This document shows, piece after piece, positions 25,417 to 32,000 of a DNA stretch of 32,000 nt (positions are counted from its first letter, which is position 1; every line of letters begins with the position of its first letter). Location: assembly GCF_000010065.1 (NCBI RefSeq), contig NC_006576.1, positions 570,001 to 602,000 of the forward strand, read 5' to 3'. The notes under the pieces were generated by a model. It saw nothing but the letters and a program-made list of their open reading frames with translations, made no database searches and had not been told where the DNA came from. Origin of the DNA: Synechococcus elongatus PCC 6301 (GTDB lineage Bacteria; Cyanobacteriota; Cyanobacteriia; Synechococcales; Synechococcaceae). The position numbers and the translations under genes were made by a program.

Positions 25417-26062
25417 GAACAGCTGCTTTGGGATTACTGACTGAGACCCATTAGGGGAAGCAATCGAGTGTTATCAACCTGAGATCACGAATCAATAAAC
25501 AAATAAGAAAAGGCAGCACCATGGCAGGTCTAAAAGACAAACTGTTGTGGTGTGATTAATCAACATAGTGCGACAGAAGCGGTTATAGGCACTCTCTAAT
25601 CGCATCATGTGGGTCTTGCTATCTTGTCTGCTTCTAGACAGTTGTGTGGTGGTGGTTTGAACCTCGACAGCCCGAGCGAGCCTGCCGGTGGTCACTGTTC
25701 CAGCGTTGAGACTGGCGCTTCGGTTTTGATGCTCAGGGCATCACCAACCAATCAAGCCGTTGCGTTTCGCTTCGGCGCAGACAGCATTGAGAGATACCCG
25801 ATGCTTTCGCTGAATCTCATCCAAATTGATGGATTGCGCTTGGTTCAAGGGCTGAAACAGCAGGGAACTCGATCTTGCAAGCCATAGGCATCGAGGACGG
25901 CAAGAACCTCGCTCATCGTGAACTTGCTCGAGGATGAATCCCTCTCTCCTCGCGATCGCCGGCTGTCAACCCCAATGCCGATCGTCTAAGCTCGCGGCAG
26001 TGTATTGCTGGCGACGTAGCGATCGCTGCACTCTGTGGCTGGCTAGACAATAGGCTGATCCA

Positions 26063-26836
26063 ATGACCTCCAACCCACTCGATGAATCCATGGAATCGCT
26101 GACCGTCGTGCCCCCAGCCGCGTCACCGGCGTCGCGCATCCTGGTGGTTGAAGATGAAGCCGTGATTCGGGACATGGTGGCGTTAGTGCTGCAGCAGGAG
26201 GGCTTCACGGTCGATGTGGCAGCGGACGGCCGAACTGCTCTCAATTACTTCCGCAGCGATAGTCCTGAGGCCGGATCGGTGACTGAAAACCCCGATCTCG
26301 TTGTCCTTGACCTGATGTTGCCGGCAGTCAATGGCCTAGATTTCTGCCGATTATTGCGGCGGCAGGGGGTGACAGTGCCGATTTTGATGCTCAGCGCCAA
26401 GGATACGGAAACCGATCGCGTGGTTGGGCTTGAAATTGGAGCCGATGATTATTTGACAAAACCCTTCGGTACCCGCGAGTTGGTGGCGCGGTGTCGAGCG
26501 CTGCTGCGGCGCAGCCAAAATCAGCCCGCCGAGACTCCTGCCGTGTTGCGCTACGAAGGCTTAAAACTTTTTCCAGAAGAATGTCGGGTCTTGCTAGACG
26601 ATCGCGAGCTGACCTTGTCGCCCAAGGAGTTTCGGTTATTAGAGCTCTTCATGCGCCACCCGCGTCGGGTTTGGTCGCGCGATCAGTTGCTCGAAAAAAT
26701 TTGGGGTATCGATTTCATGGGGGATAGCAAAACGATCGATGTGCATATCCGCTGGCTACGCGAAAAGATTGAAGCCAATCCCAGCAACCCCAGCTATCTG
26801 CTCACCGTTCGAGGCTTTGGCTACCGCCTAGGTTAG
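26063..26836 (+). CDS. sphR: OmpR/PhoB-family response regulator, probably the phosphate regulator SphR
   Basis: The receiver reads RILVVEDEAVIRD...DLVVLDLMLPAVNG...LSAKD...TKPF. The winged-helix output reads LSPKEFRLLELFMRHPRRVWSRDQLLEKIWG...TIDVHIRWLREKI...TVRGFGYRL. The lengths of 257 aa here and 413 aa for the downstream kinase match my recollection of S. elongatus SphR/SphS. The gene symbol is an inference. Confidence 0.75.
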   Translation: MTSNPLDESMESLTVVPPAASPASRILVVEDEAVIRDMVALVLQQEGFTVDVAADGRTALNYFRSDSPEAGSVTENPDLVVLDLMLPAVNGLDFCRLLRRQGVTVPILMLSAKDTETDRVVGLEIGADDYLTKPFGTRELVARCRALLRRSQNQPAETPAVLRYEGLKLFPEECRVLLDDRELTLSPKEFRLLELFMRHPRRVWSRDQLLEKIWGIDFMGDSKTIDVHIRWLREKIEANPSNPSYLLTVRGFGYRLG

Positions 26837-26848
26837 TCAGAGAATGCC

Positions 26849-28090
26849 ATGGCTGCATGGGAATTTGCACTCGGTCTCCTCACGGCCAGTCTTTGGCGCT
26901 GGGCTCGCAAATGGCGATCGCCCGTCAAGGTTAAGCCGATGCTGGCGGCTGTGAGTTCCCTGGAGCCTCAGCTCGAGCAGATCACAACGGATCTCCGCGA
27001 TCGCGATCGCCTACTAGAAGATCTGCCCGTTAGTTTCCTGTTGCTAGATGCCGACAATCTGGTGCTGGAGGCCAATCGCTCCGCTCGGGTCCTGTTAGCC
27101 CTACCACCCGAGGATTACTGTCGTCCCCTACTAGAGGTGGTGCGCTCCTACGAGCTCGACCGCTTGGTGGCCCGCTGTCGGGCGGCCAATGCCCCCCAAA
27201 CCGATCGCTGGACCTTGACCCCAGTCAACCCCGATCCGTTGCAGGTAGTTCCCCAAACACCACGCCCTGTGCAGGGTCAGGCAATTCCCCTCAGCAATGG
27301 TCAGATTGGAGTGTTGATCGAAGACCGGCAGGAGCTGGTGGACTTGGCACAGCAACGTAACCGCTGGGTCCCGGATGTTGCCCATGAGTTGAAAACGCCC
27401 CTGACGTCGATTCGCCTATTGGCAGAAGCCCTGCGCGATCGCCTTCAGGATGAACCGCAGGTTTGGGTCGATCGCTTGTTGGGCGAGACCCAACGGCTTG
27501 GGCAGTTGGTGCAGGATCTGCTGGAGTTAAGCCGGCTGGAGCAGGGGCCAAGTGGCTTGCAGAAGCTCGAAGCAGTGGACCTTGTCGCCCTGCTGACCTC
27601 GGTGCGCAATAGCTTAGAGCCGCTGGCAGAACCGCTGCGACTGGGTTGGGCTTATCAAGGGCCAGAGCAGGGATTTGTGCGGGGCGATCGCCAAAGGCTT
27701 TTTCGTCTCTGGCTCAATCTAGTGGATAACGCCATTCGCCATAGTCCCAGCGGCGGCTGTCTCTATGTAGAACTACGGCAGCGCGGCGACACCTGGATCT
27801 GCGATCTCTACGACGACGGCCCTGGCTTTGCCGATGCCGATTTGTCCTACCTCTTTGAGCGTTTCTATCGTGGCGATCCCTCACGCGTGCGACCAGCAGC
27901 AGCGAGTTCTAGCAGTCCCGGTAGTGGCTTGGGTCTGGCGATCGCACGGCAGGTCGTCGAAGCCCACCAAGGGCGAATCTCGGCGCGCAATCATCCCGTC
28001 ACCGGCGGGGCTTGGCTGCGGGTACAACTGCCCCAAGAACCATCCCTCACCCCTGCGCTTAAGATCGGAACTGGACGTCGCAGCGGCTGA
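26849..28090 (+). CDS. sphS: sensor histidine kinase, probably SphS
   Basis: The N-terminus is hydrophobic and is followed by a PAS-like region. The H-box is VAHELKTPLTSI, the N-box NLVDNAIRHSP, G1 DDGPGF and G2 GSGLGLAIA. The gene starts 12 nt downstream of the response regulator gene. Confidence 0.75.
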   Translation: MAAWEFALGLLTASLWRWARKWRSPVKVKPMLAAVSSLEPQLEQITTDLRDRDRLLEDLPVSFLLLDADNLVLEANRSARVLLALPPEDYCRPLLEVVRSYELDRLVARCRAANAPQTDRWTLTPVNPDPLQVVPQTPRPVQGQAIPLSNGQIGVLIEDRQELVDLAQQRNRWVPDVAHELKTPLTSIRLLAEALRDRLQDEPQVWVDRLLGETQRLGQLVQDLLELSRLEQGPSGLQKLEAVDLVALLTSVRNSLEPLAEPLRLGWAYQGPEQGFVRGDRQRLFRLWLNLVDNAIRHSPSGGCLYVELRQRGDTWICDLYDDGPGFADADLSYLFERFYRGDPSRVRPAAASSSSPGSGLGLAIARQVVEAHQGRISARNHPVTGGAWLRVQLPQEPSLTPALKIGTGRRSG

Positions 28091-28104
28091 GCCGTAGTGA
28101 GAGC

Positions 28105-28836
28105 ATGGCCGAACGGCTGCAGAAGATTTTGTCGCAATTGGGTGTCGCCTCCCGACGACAGGCGGAACAGTGGATCCAACAAGGACGAGTTACGATCAAT
28201 GGCCGCGTCGCTGAAATTGGCCAGCAGGCTGACCTCAAGCGCGATCGCATTCACTTGGATGGCAAACGGCTACGCCCCAAGCATCGGCCCGAGGCCCGTT
28301 ATCTGCTGCTCCATAAACCTGTGGGTGTAGTCTCCACCTGCCGTGATCCGCAGCGGCGGCGCACCGTCATTGATCTCGTCGATCCAGAATTTCGGCCGGG
28401 GCTGCATCCGGTGGGACGGCTGGATACCGATAGCAGCGGCTTGCTCTTACTCTGCAATGACGGCGAACTGACCTATCAAATCAGCCATCCCCGCTTTCAC
28501 ATCGAGAAAACCTATCGCGTTTGGGTCGAAGGTCATCCGCCAGCCTCGGTGCTAGAGCACTGGCGATCGGGGGTTTGGCTAGACGACTATCAAACGCTGC
28601 CGGCAGGTGTGCGAATCCTGCACGATCGCGCTGAATCGACGCTGCTCGAAGTGATTTTGCACGAAGGCCGAAATCGGCAAATTCGTCGGGTTGCCGAGCA
28701 GTTGGGGCATCCAGTTTTACGCCTGACCCGAGTCGCGATCGGGCCATTGCGTTTGGGATCGTTACAGCCAGGGGAGTATCGTTCTTTAACGGCGGCCGAA
28801 GTTTATCGCCTCCGTCAGCTCGCACAAGGAACCTGA
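28105..28836 (+). CDS. pseudouridine synthase, RsuA/RluB family, with S4 RNA-binding domain
   Basis: The S4 domain reads RLQKILSQLGVASRRQAEQWIQQGRVTINGR. The catalytic Asp motif is HPVGRLDTDSSGLLLL, and GRNRQIRR is also present. Confidence 0.9.
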   Translation: MAERLQKILSQLGVASRRQAEQWIQQGRVTINGRVAEIGQQADLKRDRIHLDGKRLRPKHRPEARYLLLHKPVGVVSTCRDPQRRRTVIDLVDPEFRPGLHPVGRLDTDSSGLLLLCNDGELTYQISHPRFHIEKTYRVWVEGHPPASVLEHWRSGVWLDDYQTLPAGVRILHDRAESTLLEVILHEGRNRQIRRVAEQLGHPVLRLTRVAIGPLRLGSLQPGEYRSLTAAEVYRLRQLAQGT

Positions 28837-28854
28837 GTCCAGTAAGTCCTCCCT

Positions 28855-29456
28855 ATGTTGTTTCGTCGTCCGAGCGCCACTCCGCCACCGATAGAGCAAT
28901 GGCAGCAGCGCTTTCAGTCCACGGGGGCTGTTGCTGCGCGAGCACCGCGAAAGCCTAGGTTTATCCCTAGAGGAGCTCGCTCGTCTGACCCGGATTCAAC
29001 GGGCGACAGCTCTGGGCGATCGAAGAAGGGCGCAGCGAGAGTTTGCCCGAGCGGGTCTACATCCAGGGGATGGTGCGCCGCTATGCCGACGCCCTCGGTC
29101 TCGACGGCCAGCAGTACGCCGATGAGCTGCGAGCACTGATTGCCTTACCTATCTCTCGCAGCGATCGCCCCAGTGATCAGCCACTCGGTCGCCTGCGAAC
29201 TTGGCAGTGGTATCTGCTCTATCTGCTCTTTGTGCTGTTAGCCATCAATGGTTTGAGCTGGTTGATGCGCCGTGCCGCCCTGCAAGGGGTGAACTTGCAG
29301 CAGCCGATTCCGGCCCTGCCAGTCGAGGAGTTTTTGCCACCACCGGCTCCAGCTCCCCGGCCACCTCAGCAGCAGGCCCAGCCCCTCGATGCAGCGCCTG
29401 CCAACTTAACTGAGCAATTACGTCAAATTCCGACAACGTCAGCACCAGTGCAGTAA
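28855..29456 (+). pseudogene. RodZ-like HTH (HTH_25-type) membrane protein, interrupted by two 1-nt frameshifts
   Basis: Three consecutive reading frames each carry one colinear piece of a single protein. The first frame gives MLFRRPSATPPPIEQWQQRFQSTG. The second gives LLLREHRESLGLSLEELARLTRIQR. The third gives RQLWAIEEGRSESLPERVYIQGMVRRYADALGLDG, followed by a TM helix (WQWYLLYLLFVLLAINGLSWL) and a Pro/Gln-rich tail. The junctions fall at the GGGGG run (28923-28927) and the GGG run (29001-29003). From memory, the repaired TRIQRRQLWAIEEG matches Bacillus RodZ TKIQKRYLIAIEEG. Confidence 0.7.
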
Positions 29457-29494
29457 GCCGCCGGTTGCTCGGCAAGCCTGATAAAGTGACAGAT

Positions 29495-29517
29495 CGTGCC
29501 CTTGGCACGGCTTTTTC
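29495..29517 (+). terminator. rho-independent terminator after the sphR-to-RodZ-like gene string
   Basis: CGTGCC-CTT-GGCACG (alternatively a 5-bp stem with a 5-nt loop) is followed by GCTTTTTC. It lies 39 nt after the stop codon at 29456. Confidence 0.6.
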
Positions 29518-29620
29518 TGGCAATCGGGCGATCGCTACCCTCGGTAGTGGTTCTATTCCCAGGAAAGGTCCCCTCAATGTCCCTCTTGTTTGGCAGCACA
29601 GAGCTGCGTCGCAGCCCCCG

Positions 29621-30475
29621 ATGAAACGCCCCACCGCTACGCTGCTGATCTCCTGTCCTGATCAGCAAGGTCTCGTCGCCCGCATTTCCAATTTCATCTT
29701 TGCGAATGGTGGCAACATTATTGACGCCGACCAGCACACGGATTTTGAGGCGGGGCTGTTCCTGAGTCGGATTGAGTGGGAACTCACTGGATTTAACCTC
29801 GATCGCGAGTTAATTGGCCCTGCGTTTGAAGCGGTCGCTCGCCCCTTGGGAGCGCAGTGGCAATTGCATTTTTCCGATCGCAAACCACGGCTTAGTCTCT
29901 GGGTTAGCAAGCAGGATCATTGCCTCCTCGACCTACTGTGGCGACAGCAAGCCGGAGAACTGGATGCAGAAATTCCACTGATTATTAGCAATCACGACAA
30001 ATTACGTCCGATCGCTGAACAATTTGGTATTGATTTTCTTCATTTGCCCATTACTCGCGAGACGAAAGCAGAGCAGGAAGCTCGCCAGCTAGCAGCGATC
30101 GCTGACTATGGGATTGATCTCGTGGTGCTCGCGAAATACATGCAAGCTCTGAGTTCTGAGTTCTTGGCTCAGTTTCCCCAAGTAATTAATATTCACCACT
30201 CCTTTTTGCCTGCTTTTGCCGGTGCCAATCCTTACCAACGGGCCTATGAGCGAGGCGTCAAAATTATTGGAGCCACAGCTCACTATGTAACGCCCGATTT
30301 AGATGAAGGGCCAATTATTGAACAAGATGTAGTGCGGGTTAGTCATCGTGATGATGCTGATGATCTCGTTCGTAAAGGCAAGGACTTGGAGCGGATCGTC
30401 CTAGCGCGTGCGGTGCGTTTACACCTGCAACATCGGGTGCTGACTTACCGGAATCGCACCGTTGTGTTTGCTTAA
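29621..30475 (+). CDS. purU: formyltetrahydrofolate deformylase
   Basis: The track ORF 29465..30475 starts at a TTG, and the ATG at 29621 gives MKRPTATLLISCPDQQGLVARISNFIF, an ACT domain. The formyltransferase core motifs are IINIHHSFLPAFAGANPY and GATAHYV. Confidence 0.9.
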   Translation: MKRPTATLLISCPDQQGLVARISNFIFANGGNIIDADQHTDFEAGLFLSRIEWELTGFNLDRELIGPAFEAVARPLGAQWQLHFSDRKPRLSLWVSKQDHCLLDLLWRQQAGELDAEIPLIISNHDKLRPIAEQFGIDFLHLPITRETKAEQEARQLAAIADYGIDLVVLAKYMQALSSEFLAQFPQVINIHHSFLPAFAGANPYQRAYERGVKIIGATAHYVTPDLDEGPIIEQDVVRVSHRDDADDLVRKGKDLERIVLARAVRLHLQHRVLTYRNRTVVFA

Positions 30476-30511
30476 GCTGTTGATTTGAAGTGGCAAGACA
30501 AGGAAATTGAT

Positions 30512-31903
30512 ATGACTGAGACTGCGAATCAACGCCGTGAAAGCGACAGCATGGGTGAAGTGCTGGTGCCCACCGATCGCTATTGGGGTGCCCAAACTCA
30601 GCGATCGCTGCACTATTTCTCGATCGGTCAAGATCGAATGCCCATTGAAGTCTGTCATGCTCTGGCGATTGCGAAGAAAGCCTCTGCCCTTGCCAATCGA
30701 GATTTGGGTGTTTTATCGGCAGAAAAAGCTGATCTGATTGCTCAAGCTGCTGATGAAATTATTGCAGGTCAACTAGATGACCATTTCCCGCTTTATGTCT
30801 GGATGACGGGCAGCGGCACGCAAGCCAACATGAACGTTAATGAGGTGATTGCCAATCGGGCGATTGAAATGGCTGGGGGTGTACTTGGGAGTAAAACACC
30901 CATTCATCCCAATGATGATGTCAACCGATCGCAGTCCTCGAATGATGTCTTTCCAACCGCAATGCATATTGCTGCAGCTCAAGCGATCGGCCGGCAACTA
31001 CTGCCCAGTATCGAACGACTAGAACAGAGTCTCCAAGCCAAAGTTGATGAATGGCAAGGCATTGTCAAAATTGGCCGGACCCACCTGCAAGATGCAGTGC
31101 CATTAACGCTGGGTCAGGAGTTCTCCGGTTTTGTGGCCATGCTAGCTGAAAATCGTCAGCGCCTACATAATGCTTTGCAAGAACTCTATCCCCTAGCTTT
31201 GGGTGGAACAGCGGTTGGTACTGGTCTGAATGCGCCGACTGGATTTGATGTTGCAGTCGCTGATTACATCGCGCAATTGACAGGACTTCCGTTTGTCACG
31301 GCAACCAATAAGTTTGCGCAAATTGGTGCCCATGATGCATTTGTTGCTTTAAGTGGCAGCTTGCGAGGACTAGCAGTCTCGCTCTACAAAATTGCTAATG
31401 ATATTCGCTTGCTAGCCTGCGGGCCACGCTGTGGTTTTAACGAGTTGAGTTTGCCTGCAAATGAGCCTGGTTCATCAATCATGCCCGGCAAAGTGAATCC
31501 GACTCAGTGTGAAGCGTTAGCAATGGTTGCCGTGCAGGTCATGGGCTATGACGCTGCGGTCGCTTTCGCTGGGGCTAGTGGTTATTTAGAACTGAATGTC
31601 TATAAGCCGTTGATGGTTTATAACGTTCTGGAATCCATTCGAATTCTCTCGGATGCTAGTGATAACTTCCGACGTTTCACCGTGGAAGGAATGACAGCGA
31701 ATACCGACCAAATCAATACTTACTTAGAGCGATCGCTGATGTTAGTGACAGCGCTGACCCCTGCGATCGGTTACGACCAAGCAGCTAAAGTAGCCAAGTA
31801 TGCTTTTGAGAAAAATCTCAGCCTCAAGGAAGCGTGTCTAGAACTGGGTTGTATTAGTTCTGAAGAATTCGATCGCTGGGTGGACCCAGCCCAATTAGTG
31901 TGA
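30512..31903 (+). CDS. fumC: class II fumarate hydratase
   Basis: The ATG at 30512 ([32 protein letters not shown]) is preceded by AAGGA. The fumarate lyase signature is [15 protein letters not shown], and [14 protein letters not shown] is also present. Confidence 0.95.
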   Translation: MTETANQRRESDSMGEVLVPTDRYWGAQTQRSLHYFSIGQDRMPIEVCHALAIAKKASALANRDLGVLSAEKADLIAQAADEIIAGQLDDHFPLYVWMTGSGTQANMNVNEVIANRAIEMAGGVLGSKTPIHPNDDVNRSQSSNDVFPTAMHIAAAQAIGRQLLPSIERLEQSLQAKVDEWQGIVKIGRTHLQDAVPLTLGQEFSGFVAMLAENRQRLHNALQELYPLALGGTAVGTGLNAPTGFDVAVADYIAQLTGLPFVTATNKFAQIGAHDAFVALSGSLRGLAVSLYKIANDIRLLACGPRCGFNELSLPANEPGSSIMPGKVNPTQCEALAMVAVQVMGYDAAVAFAGASGYLELNVYKPLMVYNVLESIRILSDASDNFRRFTVEGMTANTDQINTYLERSLMLVTALTPAIGYDQAAKVAKYAFEKNLSLKEACLELGCISSEEFDRWVDPAQLV

Positions 31904-32000
31904 TGGTTAAATTGAATCTGATCGAGGATTTTAGTGCCCAATAAGAAGTCTCCAAGCCGGTAAACACTCAAGACCTAGGGAATACTTAGTAATCTGCTAG

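Noticed and set aside
25553-25602. Pho-box-like TTAA-containing octamers (ATTAATCA and TCTAATCG) upstream of the sphR-like gene.
   Set aside because: They do not form the required array of 8-bp direct repeats at 11-nt periodicity, and single matches are expected in AT-rich DNA.
25492-25887. Track ORFs 25492..25695(-) and 25609..25887(+) in the long gap.
   Set aside because: Both have non-ATG starts and odd composition, such as TTTT or Cys-rich and hydrophobic tails. They overlap each other on opposite strands and show no motif. I treat the region as noncoding or decayed, as described in the findings.
28923-29003. Programmed +1 ribosomal frameshifting or phase variation as an explanation for the RodZ-like and TPR frameshifts.
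   Set aside because: The homopolymers are only 3-5 nt long, far shorter than typical contingency tracts. I see no known +1 shift signal, such as a rare or stop codon with an upstream SD-like stimulator. Two programmed shifts within about 75 nt would be unprecedented, so sequence error or mutation is the more economical explanation.
29457-29620. A possible ZTP (pfl) or other purine/folate riboswitch upstream of purU.
   Set aside because: I could not find the conserved pfl elements (CCGCCTGGGC-type pseudoknot) or any other riboswitch core. The main structure there is the terminator of the upstream gene.
1-32000. A search by eye for tRNA, rRNA, tmRNA, RNase P RNA, SRP RNA, CRISPR repeats, IS elements or transposases, and integrases.
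   Set aside because: I found no T-loop GGTTCGAATCC-type motif, no GAGGAAAGTCCGGGC (RNase P P4) and no SRP GGAAGCAGCC core. I also found no regularly spaced direct repeats and no transposase-like ORF. Absence established by eye is not proof, and an Infernal or tRNAscan run would settle it.

Overview
This is a 32-kb chromosomal window from a cyanobacterium. The HIP1 octamer GCGATCGC is scattered through genes and spacers, and GC looks mid-50s % by eye. The gene content includes men genes for phylloquinone, an SphR/SphS-like pair and a Tax/Pil/Hmp-type chemosensory operon. Together these resemble Synechococcus elongatus or a close relative; this is an inference I could not check by search. I can support about 30 tightly packed protein-coding genes on both strands. 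I recognised no rRNA, tRNA, CRISPR array or transposase. Gene order is: [Anbu >][< transglutaminase < alpha-E < circularly permuted ATP-grasp] 496-nt spacer [< hisC < ilvE][< 39-aa ORF?][alpha/beta hydrolase >][< remA-like][NFACT/RqcH-like >][< TPR protein, frameshifted][EamA permease > Zn-ribbon > DUF1350 >][< menE < menC < malQ][< 211-aa HTH-like][yebC > 70-aa acidic ORF? > cheW > TPR-MCP > cheA-REC > 78-aa membrane ORF >] 646-nt gap [sphR-like > sphS-like > pseudouridine synthase > RodZ-like HTH, doubly frameshifted >][purU > fumC >]. Five things deserve a second look. (1) A complete Anbu proteasome-like / transglutaminase / alpha-E / ATP-grasp cassette has apparently intact catalytic residues but no established function, and shows an unusual convergent layout and an internal composition break. 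(2) A chemosensory operon has a sensor-less, TPR-headed, largely disordered MCP and a hybrid CheA, with no stand-alone CheY, CheB or CheR. (3) Three single-base frameshifts disrupt two otherwise well-conserved genes, and each is an extra G in a plus-strand G run. (4) A terminator-capped candidate sRNA lies downstream of the NFACT gene. (5) Two unusually long noncoding stretches sit at 4299-4794 and 25417-26062. All family assignments come from reading motifs in the supplied translations; no database search was possible.
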